DNA of 48,780 bases from a virus (taxonomy: Duplodnaviria; Caudoviricetes): IMG/VR virus record IMGVR_UViG_3300037760_000080, positions 1 to 48,780 of that record; one strand, given 5' to 3'. The position numbers and the translations under genes were made by a program. Below are positions 1-10,376 of the stretch, in pieces (position 1 is the stretch's first letter; the number at the start of each line of letters is the position of its first letter). The notes under the pieces were generated by a model. The model worked only from the letters and a program-made list of their open reading frames with translations. It was not told the DNA's origin and did not search any database.

Positions 1-62
1 CGTGAGGCGCAATTTGTACGGTCTAGGGGCCCTTCAACCGCAAGATTTACGGGGAGGCCGTC

Positions 63-464
63 ATGGCGCAGGCTGTACCTCCGAAAGCCGATCCGGTTCG
101 CCGCAACTCTCGCGTTGGCCCACTGCGCCTACCCGCTGAAGGTCGCAAGGGTGCGCCGCCTGCGTGGCCGCTGGACGGCAAACCAAACGCACAGATCCAG
201 CGCATCTGGCGCCAACTGTGGGCTACGCCGCAGGCTGTTGCCTGGGAGCGACTCGGCTGGACGCGTGTTGTGGCGCGCTATGCCCGGGTCGCCCTGGCCG
301 CCGAGGTGCTGGACAAGGATGCGCTGGCTGAGGCCCGGCATCTTGAGGACCGACTGGGCTTGACTCCGAAGGCGATGCGGATGCTGTTGTGGGAGATCGT
401 CGCCGACGAGGTAAAAGAGCACCGCGAGGCGTCGGATGTGCGGTCGCGGATCAAGGCGGTCTGA
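63..464 (+). CDS. terminase small subunit
   Basis: First gene, directly upstream of TerL; 'EARHLEDRLGLTPKAM' resembles the P27-type TerS C-terminal motif. Confidence 0.8.
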   Translation: MAQAVPPKADPVRRNSRVGPLRLPAEGRKGAPPAWPLDGKPNAQIQRIWRQLWATPQAVAWERLGWTRVVARYARVALAAEVLDKDALAEARHLEDRLGLTPKAMRMLLWEIVADEVKEHREASDVRSRIKAV

Positions 465-2072
465 GTGCCGTGGCGCGGCCCTGAGCACGAGGGCGAGTAT
501 CCGACGCTGGGCTACGACGTCGGCGAGTGGATCGAGTCGCATTGCGTGATCCCGGACGGCTACCGGCAGGGCAAGCCGTACATGCTTACCGACGAGATGT
601 GGCGGTTTCTGCTGCAGTTCTATCGGCTGGACCCGGAGGCTGAGCCGTGGCCGGGGCCGATCGGGTTGTCGCATACGGGCGCTCAGTTGCGGCGGTCGCA
701 GAAGTGGGGAAAGGACCCGTTCGGTGCGGCGATCTGCTGGGCTGAGGCGTTGGGGCCGACCCGGTTCGACGGCTGGAATGCTGGCGGCGAGCCGGTGGGT
801 GCGCCGTATCCGACGCCGCTGATCGTGTGCTTGGGGACGTCGGAGGATCAGACGGCCAATACGTGGCGGCCGCTGCTGGCGATGGCCCGGTTGGGGCCGA
901 TTCTGGACTTGCCGGAGGTGCGTGAGGTCGGGCAGACGAAGGTTGATCTGGCTAGTGGCGGGAAACTGGAGCCGGCGGCGACGTCGGCGAAGTCCCGGCT
1001 GGGTGCGCCGATGACGTTCGTGACGATCACCGAGTCGCATCTGTTCACCTTGCAGGGCGGTTATCGCCGGGTGTGCGGCGCAGTGAAGCGGAATGTGGCC
1101 GGCATGGACGGCCGCTGGCTGGAATTGACGAACGCCTACGACCCGACGGAAGGCTCGGAGGCACAGGTCACCGCGGAGTCATCGGACAAGGACGTGTTTG
1201 TCGACACGGTCGACACACGCCGCGTCGAGGACCTGACCGATGATGAGTCGCTATACCGGGAGCTGTTGCGCCAGTACGGCGATTCGGCGCGCGAGCGTGG
1301 CGGCTGGGTGAACATCAAGGGCCGGATCATGGGCGAGTGCCGCTCGTTGCGGCATCTGGAGGCGGACCGGCGCCGGTTCTTCCTGAACGAGATCGTGGTC
1401 GGCCAGTCGGTGTTCGTGGATCCGCTGCGGTGGGATCTGCAGGGCAAGGACGACGAGGCGCTGACCAAGGGCGTGCCGGTCGCGCTCGGCTTCGACGGGT
1501 CGAAGTACCGGGACGCCACTGCCCTGATCGCTTCGCGGATCTCCGATGGCCGGCTGTTCGTGGTGCGCGTTTGGGAGCGCACCGCGGCTGACGGTCCGGA
1601 CTGGAAGGTTCCGACGGCCGAGGTCGACCGGGTGCTGCGGGACGTGTTCGAGCTGTACAACGTGGCGTGCATGTTCGCCGACCCGTACCGCTGGCAGGAC
1701 TACCTGGACAACTGGGTGGCTGCGTTCGGCGATCAGCGGGTGGTGGAGTTCCCGACGAACGTCGAGCAGCGGATGGACCGGGCCATCGAGCGGTTCACCA
1801 CCTCGTTCGGCGCCGGGGAGATCACGTACGCCTCGCATGACGCGTTGACTCGACACGCGAAGAATGCGGTGCTGGTGAAGGGCTCGAAGAAGAAGCCCCG
1901 ACCGGGTGAGGACGAGACGCTGACCACCCACTACTTGAAGATGGCCAAGCGCGGCGACGGGCTGCTCATCGACGCTGCGGTGGCCGGTGTGCTGGCCCAT
2001 GAGGCGCGGGCGCACGCAATCGAGCACGGCCTGGTCGAGCAGGAACAGCCGTTCTTCGGGGCTTGGCGATAG
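465..2072 (+). CDS. terL: terminase large subunit
   Basis: Walker-A-like RSQKWGKDP, TSEDQT, Walker-B-like TITESH, nuclease motifs LGFDGSKYRDATAL and IDAAVA. Confidence 0.95.
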   Translation: MPWRGPEHEGEYPTLGYDVGEWIESHCVIPDGYRQGKPYMLTDEMWRFLLQFYRLDPEAEPWPGPIGLSHTGAQLRRSQKWGKDPFGAAICWAEALGPTRFDGWNAGGEPVGAPYPTPLIVCLGTSEDQTANTWRPLLAMARLGPILDLPEVREVGQTKVDLASGGKLEPAATSAKSRLGAPMTFVTITESHLFTLQGGYRRVCGAVKRNVAGMDGRWLELTNAYDPTEGSEAQVTAESSDKDVFVDTVDTRRVEDLTDDESLYRELLRQYGDSARERGGWVNIKGRIMGECRSLRHLEADRRRFFLNEIVVGQSVFVDPLRWDLQGKDDEALTKGVPVALGFDGSKYRDATALIASRISDGRLFVVRVWERTAADGPDWKVPTAEVDRVLRDVFELYNVACMFADPYRWQDYLDNWVAAFGDQRVVEFPTNVEQRMDRAIERFTTSFGAGEITYASHDALTRHAKNAVLVKGSKKKPRPGEDETLTTHYLKMAKRGDGLLIDAAVAGVLAHEARAHAIEHGLVEQEQPFFGAWR

Positions 2073-2080
2073 GAGACGCA

Positions 2081-2311
2081 ATGGTAGTTCTTGACCGAGT
2101 CCCGGTAGAGCGGATCACCGCAGAAGCGCGCCAGATCGAGCTCGGTCGAACGGTGCTGACGCTGCTGGCCGGGTTGTTCTACGTGATCGGCTGGCTGGCG
2201 GCCAAGTTGGTGAACATCCTGTGGTTCGCGTTCGCCTGGTCGTGGACCGCTGTCAAGGTTGGGTGGAAAGAGGGTCGCGCCTCGTCTGCTCTGGTGAGTA
2301 AGGGTGGCTGA
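2081..2311 (+). CDS. small membrane protein between terminase and portal
   Basis: AGGAG RBS before ATG 2081; hydrophobic segments. Confidence 0.7.
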   Translation: MVVLDRVPVERITAEARQIELGRTVLTLLAGLFYVIGWLAAKLVNILWFAFAWSWTAVKVGWKEGRASSALVSKGG

Positions 2312-2313
2312 AT

Positions 2314-3744
2314 GTGGCGGCAGGACTGCTTGAGCGGATCGCCGCTGAACGTGACGATGTGGGCCGGTCTGAGGGCCGGTTCAGCATCGACCAGTACATC
2401 ACCGACTACCTGATCCCGGGGCAGTTCAGCTACAACGGGCATTCGTACCCGCTGCATGGGCTGAATCAGACCTTGGCGGGTACTCGGGTGCAGCGGATCG
2501 CTGCGACGTTGCCCGGCTATGCGGCGGCGTTGCGGGCCTGCCCGCCAGCGTTCGCAGCGCAGATGGTGCGCGCACTGGTGCTGTCGCAGGCGCGGTTCAT
2601 CTGGCGTAACCGTCCGTCGTCGCCGACGCCGCGTCGAACGTTCGGGACCCGCGAGTTGGGCATCCTGGAGCGCCCGTGGCCGCACGCCACGACCGGCGAC
2701 CTGCTCGCGACGATGGAGTGGCACTCGGGCCTGGCCGGCAACTCCTACGTGGCGCGGCAACCGGACCGGTTGCGGGTGTTGCGCCCGGACTGGTGCGGCC
2801 TGTTGTGGGGTTCGGAGCAGGAGCCGGAGGACGCGGCCACCGCGCTGGACGGCACGCTGCTCGGGCTGGTGTACCAGAACGGCGGGCTTGACGCGTCGCG
2901 GAACAAGCCACAGACGCTGCTGCCGGACGAGTTCGCGCACTGGTCGCAGATCCCGGACCCAGAGCGCCCCGGAATGGGCCAGTCGTGGGTGACCGCAGCG
3001 CTGCGGGACATCCAAGGCGACCGGCTGGCGACCGACCACAAGGTCAAGTTCTTCGAGAACGGCGCCACCGTCAACTTGGTCGTCAAGGGCATACCGGCGG
3101 TGACGAAGGAGCAGTTCGACGGCATCGTCGACATGATCGACCAGCGGCATCAGGGCGTCGCCAATGCCTATCGCACGCTGTATCTGACTGCAGGCGCGGA
3201 TGCGACACCTGTGGGTGCGGATCTCAAGCAGTTGGAGTTCAAGGCGACACAGGGCGCGGGGGAGACTCGGATCGCGTTCCTGGGTCGGGTGCCGGCGCCG
3301 CTGCTGGGAATCTCCGAGGGCCTGGCCGGGTCGTCGCTGAATCAGGGTAATTTCGGCATGGCGCGGCGCATCTTCGCGGACTCTTGGATCTATCCGTCGC
3401 TGCAGGACATCTCGGCGTCGCTGGAGTCCATTCTGACGCTGCCGAAGAGCCGCAGTGGTGAGCCGGACACTGAACTTTGGTTTGACACCGCGGACATGCC
3501 GCTGCTGCGCGAGGACGCCAAGGACGCAGCCGAGATCCAGCAGATCCAGGCGACGACGATCACGATGCTGGTGCGTGAGGGCTTCACGGCGCCGTCGGCG
3601 ACCGCGGCGGTGATCGGGCAGGACATGAACCTACTGGTGCACACCGGGCTGGTATCGGTGCAGTTGCAGCCGCCCGGGATGGTGACCCAGCCGGCGGTGC
3701 CGAACGGCGACCGGCCGAAGCTTCCGACGGGCAAGGAGTCCTGA
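2314..3744 (+). CDS. portal protein (HK97-like)
   Basis: Position; motifs LAGNSY, FFENGA, RIAFLGRVPAPLLG. Confidence 0.9.
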   Translation: MAAGLLERIAAERDDVGRSEGRFSIDQYITDYLIPGQFSYNGHSYPLHGLNQTLAGTRVQRIAATLPGYAAALRACPPAFAAQMVRALVLSQARFIWRNRPSSPTPRRTFGTRELGILERPWPHATTGDLLATMEWHSGLAGNSYVARQPDRLRVLRPDWCGLLWGSEQEPEDAATALDGTLLGLVYQNGGLDASRNKPQTLLPDEFAHWSQIPDPERPGMGQSWVTAALRDIQGDRLATDHKVKFFENGATVNLVVKGIPAVTKEQFDGIVDMIDQRHQGVANAYRTLYLTAGADATPVGADLKQLEFKATQGAGETRIAFLGRVPAPLLGISEGLAGSSLNQGNFGMARRIFADSWIYPSLQDISASLESILTLPKSRSGEPDTELWFDTADMPLLREDAKDAAEIQQIQATTITMLVREGFTAPSATAAVIGQDMNLLVHTGLVSVQLQPPGMVTQPAVPNGDRPKLPTGKES

Positions 3745-3745
3745 C

Positions 3746-4762
3746 ATGGACACGGTCACGGAGCTCGACGCCATCGAGCGGGCGGAGATGACCGCCAAGC
3801 GGATCAACGACCTACCCGACTCGGCGTTCGCCTACATCGAACCGGGTGGCAGCAAGGACGAGCAGGGCAAGACGACGCCGCGGTCGAAGCGGCACTTCCC
3901 GATCCATGACGCCGCGCACGTGCGCAACGCGCTGGCGCGGGCATCACAATCACCGTTCGGAGCGAAGGCAATGCCCAAGATCAAGGCAGCGGCGAAGAAG
4001 TTCGGCATCGATGTCGGCAGTTCGGCCCGTCCCGACGTGGCCGGCATGTGCGTGCGGGCATTCGACTTCGAGTCCCGCTCCAACGGCGACGGCCGGACCC
4101 TCGAGGGCTACGCCGCAGTGTTCAACCAGACCACCCGCATCCCCGCGTTCGGCGGGGATTTCGACGAGGTGATCCTGCCGGGCGCGTTCAAGCGCAGCCT
4201 GGAACAGCGCACGCCGGTGCTGCAGTTCGAGCACGGCCGCGACCCCCGTGTCGGCGCTGTGCCGATCGGGTCGATCCAGGACATCCGCGAAGATGACAAC
4301 GGGCTGTACGTGCGGGCGCAGCTGTTTGATAACGCGACGGTCGAACCGGTGCGACAGGCCATCGCCGAGCGGGCGATTCGGGGCATGTCGTTCCGTTTCA
4401 GCATTCCCGACGGCGGCGACACGTGGACCCGCCGCAATGGCGATGTCGACCTGCGGGAGATCGTCGACACGGACACCGCCGAGTGCGGCCCGGTGGTGTT
4501 CCCCGCCTACGACCAGACCACGGTGTCGGTGCGGTCGCTGCTGGCGCAGTTGGACCCGACCGAACATCGCGCACTTCTCCGCGAGCTTGCAGCCGAACTC
4601 GGGCTCGCCGCGGACCTTGAACTCACCGGGCGATCCGATGCGCGGAGCACGGATGGCGGTGATCTGGACGACGAGCCCGGCAGTGGCGAAGCGTCCACCG
4701 TTCTCATCAACCGTCAGCGTCTCGATCACGGGGCGCTGCGACTTCGAAGGATTATCACATGA
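3746..4762 (+). CDS. HK97-family prohead protease with N-terminal DUF6582-like domain
   Basis: LEGYAAVFN, FDEVILPGAF, EHG, GMSFRF, PVVFPAY; N-terminal LPDSAFAYIEPGG...RHFPIHDAAHVRNALAR. Confidence 0.9.
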   Translation: MDTVTELDAIERAEMTAKRINDLPDSAFAYIEPGGSKDEQGKTTPRSKRHFPIHDAAHVRNALARASQSPFGAKAMPKIKAAAKKFGIDVGSSARPDVAGMCVRAFDFESRSNGDGRTLEGYAAVFNQTTRIPAFGGDFDEVILPGAFKRSLEQRTPVLQFEHGRDPRVGAVPIGSIQDIREDDNGLYVRAQLFDNATVEPVRQAIAERAIRGMSFRFSIPDGGDTWTRRNGDVDLREIVDTDTAECGPVVFPAYDQTTVSVRSLLAQLDPTEHRALLRELAAELGLAADLELTGRSDARSTDGGDLDDEPGSGEASTVLINRQRLDHGALRLRRIIT

Positions 4763-6261
4763 GTACAACTGAGGAAAACACCATCCTCGAAGAGCTCCGC
4801 GGGAAGGACGTCGCCGACCTCGACGACAGCGTGCCCGACGAGCTTCGAGGCAAGACCCCCGACGAGCTCGTCGCTTACGTCGAGGTGCTCGACGCGCATC
4901 TGCGTTCGATTCACCAGACCGACGAGGGCGAACTGCGGGACAAGACCCCCGACGAGCAGAAGGCGTTCGATTACGGCCTGAAGCTGCGGGACAAGGCGAT
5001 CATTCGGGTCGAGGAGCACCGCAAGGTTCAGGAGATCTTCCGGCGCAAGCCGAAGGCCGTGGAGCGGGCTCTGGCCAACATCAAGTACGGCGCCGACGAC
5101 CCGTTCGCCGACGTCCGCCGGCTCACCCCGACCGAGACCCGGGAGAACGCGCTACGGCGTCTCGACGACCGGTCGACGACCGGCCACATGACCGCGCTGC
5201 AGAAGGACGAGGTGGAGCGGCAGATCCGCCGCGACCCCGACATCGCCCGACGCATCCTGGTCACCGAGACCGACGCCTACCGCAGTGCGTGGATGAAGGT
5301 CGTCACGCAGCCCGACGCGAACTACCTTCTCGACGAAGATGAGCGGGACGCGCTGCGCCGGTACAACGAGTACCGGGCCATGGCCGAGGTTACGACCACC
5401 GCCGGCGGGTTCGGCATCCCGGTGTTCATCGACCCCTCGATCATCCTCACGGCCCAAGAGTCGGACAACCCGTTCCTGACCCTGGCCCGCCAGGTGACGG
5501 TCAACACGAACCAGTGGAAGGGTGTGTCGTCCGCCGGTGTGACCTGGGCGTTCCAGACTGAGGCCGCGGCGACCACGGACAACAGCCCCGTGCTGGCGCA
5601 GCCCAGTGTGGTCGTGCACATGGCTCGTGGCCTGATCCCGTACAGCATCGAGGTCGGCCAGGATTATCCTTCGTTCGCGGAGGAGATGGCTGCGCTGCTC
5701 GCGGCCGGCTACGACGAGCTGCTGGTGGACAAGTTCACCCGCGGTTCGGGTACCACCGAGCCGCGCGGCATCCTCACAGCGCTGTCGGCCAACACCAACG
5801 TGCGGGTCCGCATCCAGACGTCGGGCACGACGTTCGGCGCGAACGACCCGTACGCGGTGTGGCAGGCGCTGCCGCAGAAGTACCGGCGGCGGGCTTCGTG
5901 GCTGATGGGTGTCGACGTGAACAACAAGATCCGTCAGATCGGCACGGCGAACGTGTTCCACGCGTTCACCGAGAACCTCAAGGCCGAGTGGCTGGCGCTG
6001 CTGTTCAACAAGGGCGTGTTCGAGTCGCCGTACATGCCGGACACCACCACCTCGACGGCGGCGGCGAACGGCTACGCGGTGGTCGGTGACTTCCAGAACT
6101 ACGTCATCGCCCGCCGTGGCGGCATGTCCGTCGAGCAGGTGCCGCACATCTTCGACGTCACCTCCAACATGCCGACCGGGCAGCGTGCCTGGTTCGCCTA
6201 CGCCCGCATCGGTGGAAACTCGGTCAACGACCTTGGCTTCCGCCTGCTCGTCAACACCTGA
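4759..6261 (+). CDS. major capsid protein (HK97 fold, N-terminal delta/scaffold domain)
   Basis: Follows protease; coiled-coil N-terminus; GGFGIP, GSGTTEPRGIL, VVGDFQNYVI, AYARIGG. Confidence 0.93.
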   Translation: MSTTEENTILEELRGKDVADLDDSVPDELRGKTPDELVAYVEVLDAHLRSIHQTDEGELRDKTPDEQKAFDYGLKLRDKAIIRVEEHRKVQEIFRRKPKAVERALANIKYGADDPFADVRRLTPTETRENALRRLDDRSTTGHMTALQKDEVERQIRRDPDIARRILVTETDAYRSAWMKVVTQPDANYLLDEDERDALRRYNEYRAMAEVTTTAGGFGIPVFIDPSIILTAQESDNPFLTLARQVTVNTNQWKGVSSAGVTWAFQTEAAATTDNSPVLAQPSVVVHMARGLIPYSIEVGQDYPSFAEEMAALLAAGYDELLVDKFTRGSGTTEPRGILTALSANTNVRVRIQTSGTTFGANDPYAVWQALPQKYRRRASWLMGVDVNNKIRQIGTANVFHAFTENLKAEWLALLFNKGVFESPYMPDTTTSTAAANGYAVVGDFQNYVIARRGGMSVEQVPHIFDVTSNMPTGQRAWFAYARIGGNSVNDLGFRLLVNT

Positions 6262-6306
6262 TCGTCCGTGAAAACGACGGATGTTCCGTTTCTGAAGGAG
6301 GCAGTC

Positions 6307-6504
6307 GTGCCTGAAGGCAAGAAGACCGAGACCACCGCCGCCGCCGCCGCGGCACCGGCTTCGGGCAAGCTCGCCCGAGCGTCAGAGTCGGGTGATCCGG
6401 CTGTGCACGCGTTGCTCGCACAACTGGAGACGGCTCGATCGAACGACGACGACGATCAGGTGAAAGCAGTCACGAAGGAGTTGGCAGACCTCGGCTTCGA
6501 GTGA
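6307..6504 (+). CDS. hypothetical protein
   Basis: AAGGAGG RBS before GTG 6307; Ala-rich helical ORF after capsid. Confidence 0.65.
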   Translation: MPEGKKTETTAAAAAAPASGKLARASESGDPAVHALLAQLETARSNDDDDQVKAVTKELADLGFE

Positions 6505-6577
6505 CCCAACCGAACGTGGTGGCCCCCGTCCCTCCCTGGAGCGGGGGTCTCCACATATCCAGGGAGAGGAAGATCAG

Positions 6578-6817
6578 ATGAAGGTCGTGTATGCAACGAC
6601 AACTGCGCCTGTGCAGCTGCCGTCGGGGATCAGTGGGGTCATCCAGAAGGGGTCGCACTGGCCTGCTGATGATCCGGTGGTCCGTGCCCATCCGGAGTAT
6701 TTCTCCGACGATGCCCGCTTCGGGTTGAACTACTCCGAGGAGCCCGAAGGCTACGACGCCCCGGTGGAGACCGCCACCGCCGCGCCGGGTGAGAAGCGTC
6801 AGGCCCGCCGTGGCTGA
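6578..6817 (+). CDS. small head-associated hypothetical protein
   Basis: RBS AGGAAG; 'DDPVVRAHPEYF' and 'VETATAAPGEKR' motifs typical of small post-capsid actinophage genes. Confidence 0.7.
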   Translation: MKVVYATTTAPVQLPSGISGVIQKGSHWPADDPVVRAHPEYFSDDARFGLNYSEEPEGYDAPVETATAAPGEKRQARRG

Positions 6818-8255
6818 GCCCACCACGACGACGCTGGACGCGTTGGAGACAGGTGACCCTGCGCAGGCGGTCACCGTCGCGTACGTGCATCAGAACGAGG
6901 TCACCTACTCTTGGCACCACTCGATGATCGAGATGGTCGGCTGGGATCTGACCAACCACGGCCGCATCATGGCCGGCGGCTACATCGCCATGCGGTGCGG
7001 CTCCGACGGTCTGGTCGAGGCACGCAATCAGGCCGTCAAGCACTTTCTCAAGGACCGAACCGCGGAGTGGCTGTTCTGGATCGACACCGACATGGGATTC
7101 GAGCCGGACACCATCGACCGTCTGATCGAGGCCGCCGACCCGCAGGAGCGGCCCATGGTGGGCGGGCTGTGCTTCTCGCTGCGGGAAACCGAGCCGGATG
7201 CGGCCGGCGGGTGGCGCACCGCCCCGACCCCGACCATCTTCGACTGGGCGAAGGTCGACGATCAGATGGGGTTCGCAGTCCGCTGGGACTACCCGGCGGA
7301 CACGTTGACTCAGTGCGCCGGCACCGGCTCGGCCTGCCTGCTGATCCACCGGTCGGTGTTCGAGGCAGTTGAGCAGAAGTACGGGCCGATCTGGTATGAC
7401 CGCGTCCCGAACACGTCCACCGGGCAACTGATCTCGGAGGACCTGTCGTTCTGCCTGCGGGCGCAGGCGATGGGCATCCCACTGTTCGTCCACACCGGTG
7501 TCCGCACGACACACATGAAGCCGTTCTGGCTCGCCGAGGACGACTACCGGCGGCACCGGCTATTCGAGGTCCCGGCCGACGCGGTGACACCACCACCGGC
7601 CACAACTGAGACTGCGGTCATCGTCCCGGCCATGCGGTGGAAGAACGCGGAACGATTCATGAGATCGCTGCGGGCATCCACCGGGATCGCCCACGCGTAC
7701 GCGGTGGCGGCACCGGATGAGACCGACGCGATCGACGCCTGGCGGCAGGCCGGTGCCGAGGTACTGGTTGCTGACGCGCACACGTTCGCGGAGCGGATGA
7801 ACGCCGGCTACCGGATGACCAGCGAACCGTGGCTGTTCATCGTCGGCGACGATGTGCGGTTCCATTCCGGCTGGCTTGACCAGGCGCAGGCCCGGGCTGG
7901 GGACGAGTTCCATGTGATCGGCACCAATGATCTCGGCAATCCGCGAGTGATGGCCGGCGGACACGCCACGCATCTGCTGGTGCGTCGGTCGTACGTGGAT
8001 GAGCAGGGCGCCTCGTGGGACGGGCCGAAGGTGGTCTGTCACGAGGGCTACCGGCACTGGTTCGTCGACGACGAGATTGTCACAGCCGCGAAGCAGCGCG
8101 GCGTGTGGGCGATGGCGCTGGAGTCGGTGGTCGAGCACTTGCACCCGATGTTCGGCAAGGGCGAACCGGACGACATTTACAAGATCGGCGAGGGACACGC
8201 CACCCAAGACCGGGGGACCTTTGATCGGCGACTGCGAGAGAACTCCGATGCGTAG
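6810..8255 (+). CDS. two-domain GT-A (GT2-like) glycosyltransferase
   Basis: Domain 1: ARN, WLFWIDTDMGF, GSACLLIHR, SEDLSFC. Domain 2: VIVPA, FIVGDDVRF, HWFVDDE. Start GTG 6810 inferred (track gives 6789). Confidence 0.85.
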   Translation: MAEPTTTTLDALETGDPAQAVTVAYVHQNEVTYSWHHSMIEMVGWDLTNHGRIMAGGYIAMRCGSDGLVEARNQAVKHFLKDRTAEWLFWIDTDMGFEPDTIDRLIEAADPQERPMVGGLCFSLRETEPDAAGGWRTAPTPTIFDWAKVDDQMGFAVRWDYPADTLTQCAGTGSACLLIHRSVFEAVEQKYGPIWYDRVPNTSTGQLISEDLSFCLRAQAMGIPLFVHTGVRTTHMKPFWLAEDDYRRHRLFEVPADAVTPPPATTETAVIVPAMRWKNAERFMRSLRASTGIAHAYAVAAPDETDAIDAWRQAGAEVLVADAHTFAERMNAGYRMTSEPWLFIVGDDVRFHSGWLDQAQARAGDEFHVIGTNDLGNPRVMAGGHATHLLVRRSYVDEQGASWDGPKVVCHEGYRHWFVDDEIVTAAKQRGVWAMALESVVEHLHPMFGKGEPDDIYKIGEGHATQDRGTFDRRLRENSDA

Positions 8256-9426
8256 GGATTCTTGCGGCGGCTGCGGTGCGAGCGACCTGCAGCCGTTCCT
8301 CGACTTGGGTGACTCGCCGCTGGCCGACCGGTTCCCGGCGACCGTCGACGAGCCGGAGGACCGCTATCCGCTGCAATTGGCGGTGTGCACGTCCTGCTGG
8401 CTGGTCCAGTTGACCGAGGTCGTGCCGGATGGGCTGCTGTACGGCGAGGACTACGCGTTCTTCACCGGCTCGTCCCCGTCGGCAGTGGCGTACTTCGCCG
8501 ACTACGCCGCGCAGTTGAAGCAACAACTCGGCCTGGACGCCGGCAAGTTCCTGGTGGAGATCGCCTGCAACGACGGGACGATGCTCACCGAGCACGACTG
8601 CCGCACGCTCGGCGTCGAACCCGCTGACGGCCCGGCAGCAGTGGCGCGAGCCAAGGGTCTGGCCGTGATGCACGAGCCGTTTGGGCTGGAGACGGCCCGC
8701 CGGATCGTGACCGACTACGGTGGCGTGGACGTGGTCGTGGCCAACAACGTGACCGCGCACGTGTCGGATCTGCATGATTTCTTCGCTGGCATAGAGCACC
8801 TGCTCGCCGATGACGGCGTCGCCGTGATCGAGGTGCAGTACCTCGCGGACCTACTCACCGGCGGCCAGTTCGATCACGTCTACCACGAGCACCGCTACTA
8901 CTTCACCGCTGACTCGTTGGCGCGGGTAGCGGCACGACACGGACTCTTCGTCCGGTCGGTGACTCCGACTCCGGCGCAGGGCGGGTCGATCCGTGTGACG
9001 TTCGGCCGGGGCGAACCGATCAGTCTGTCCGAGCCGGTGTGGCTGCGGCAGCCGTCCACATTCCTGAGCCTGCAGGGCCGGGTCGAGCACATCCGTACCC
9101 GGCTGCTGGACCTGCTCGACGAGCAGATCGCCGCCGGCCGCAAGGTCGCCGGGTATGCGGCGTCGGCGAAGTCGGCGACCCTGCTGAACTTCTGCGGCAT
9201 CGGACCGGATCGGCTCGACCACATTGTCGACACCACGCCGCACAAGATCGGGCGCTACGCGCCGGGCTCGAAGATCCCCGTCTGCGGGCCTGGGGAGCGC
9301 CCTGAGCCTGACGTGTACCTGCTGCTGGCCTGGAACTACCTGCCGGGGGTTCTGCGCCGTGAGTCGGCGTACATGGCCGCCGGTGGCCGGTTCCTGGTGC
9401 CCCTGCCGATGCCGGTGCTGCTGTGA
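8248..9426 (+). CDS. NDP-sugar C-methyltransferase (TylC3/EryBIII-like)
   Basis: CGGCG...FLDLGDSPLADRF, LAVCTSCWLVQL (Zn domain), VEIACNDG (SAM), FDHVYHEH, GYAASAKSATLLN, LLLAWNY. Confidence 0.9.
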   Translation: MRRDSCGGCGASDLQPFLDLGDSPLADRFPATVDEPEDRYPLQLAVCTSCWLVQLTEVVPDGLLYGEDYAFFTGSSPSAVAYFADYAAQLKQQLGLDAGKFLVEIACNDGTMLTEHDCRTLGVEPADGPAAVARAKGLAVMHEPFGLETARRIVTDYGGVDVVVANNVTAHVSDLHDFFAGIEHLLADDGVAVIEVQYLADLLTGGQFDHVYHEHRYYFTADSLARVAARHGLFVRSVTPTPAQGGSIRVTFGRGEPISLSEPVWLRQPSTFLSLQGRVEHIRTRLLDLLDEQIAAGRKVAGYAASAKSATLLNFCGIGPDRLDHIVDTTPHKIGRYAPGSKIPVCGPGERPEPDVYLLLAWNYLPGVLRRESAYMAAGGRFLVPLPMPVLL

Positions 9427-10376
9427 GGGCGCTCATTACCGGTATCACCGGGCAAGCCGGCTCGTACTTAACTGAGCAGCTCGCCGCCGAGGGCCACCAG
9501 GTGTTCGGGCTGCTGCACGGGCAGCGCAACCCGAAGCGGGCGTGGATCGAGACGCTGGTGCCCGAGATCATCCTGATCGAGGGCGACCTGCTGGACCAGT
9601 CGTCGCTGCAACGCGCTCTCGTCACCGCGGAACCAGATGTGGTGTTCAATCTGGGCGCGTTGACCTACGTGGGTATGTCGTGGCAGCAGCCCACATTGAT
9701 GACCGAGGTGACCGGGCTGGGTTGTTTGCGAATGCTCGAAGCGATCCGCGCAGTCAACCCCGACACCCGGTTCGTGCAGGCGTCCACGTCGGAGATGTTC
9801 GGCAGCTCCCCAGCGCCACAGTCGGAGTCAACACCGTTCCATCCGCGCAGCCCGTACGGGGTGGCGAAGCTGTTCGCCCACCACACGACGGTGAACTATC
9901 GCGATTCGTACGGCATGCACGCCTCGACAGCGGTCATGTTCAACGCTGAATCGCCGCGCCGCGGTGAGGAGTTCGTGACCCGCAAGGTGACCGCCGCCGT
10001 TGCGCGCATCGCCCGCGGCGAACAAGCCAACCTGCGGCTGGGGAACCTGGCTGCGCGCCGCGACTGGGGCTGGATACCGGACTTTATGCGGGCCTGGGCA
10101 CTGATCGCCGAGCAAGAACGACCCGACGACTACGTGCTTGCTACTGGCGAATCCCACTCGGTGGCCGAGTTGTGCGAGGCGGCGTTCGCCGAGGCCGGGT
10201 TGGATTGGCGGGACCACGTGCAGGTCGATCCCGGCTTGTTCCGCCCGGCCGATGTGGAGCATTTGTGTGGCGACCCGGCCAAGGCTGGACGATTGCTCGG
10301 ATGGGAACCGTCGGTGTTCTTCACCGAGATCGTCAAGCGGATGGTGGCCGCTGAGACGCTGGAGGTCGCAGCGTGA
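9423..10376 (+). CDS. gmd: GDP-mannose 4,6-dehydratase
   Basis: ALITGITGQAGSYL, QASTSEMFG, PFHPRSPYGVAK, ESPRRGEEFVTRKV, RDWG, DDYVLATGE. Confidence 0.95.
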   Translation: MRALITGITGQAGSYLTEQLAAEGHQVFGLLHGQRNPKRAWIETLVPEIILIEGDLLDQSSLQRALVTAEPDVVFNLGALTYVGMSWQQPTLMTEVTGLGCLRMLEAIRAVNPDTRFVQASTSEMFGSSPAPQSESTPFHPRSPYGVAKLFAHHTTVNYRDSYGMHASTAVMFNAESPRRGEEFVTRKVTAAVARIARGEQANLRLGNLAARRDWGWIPDFMRAWALIAEQERPDDYVLATGESHSVAELCEAAFAEAGLDWRDHVQVDPGLFRPADVEHLCGDPAKAGRLLGWEPSVFFTEIVKRMVAAETLEVAA

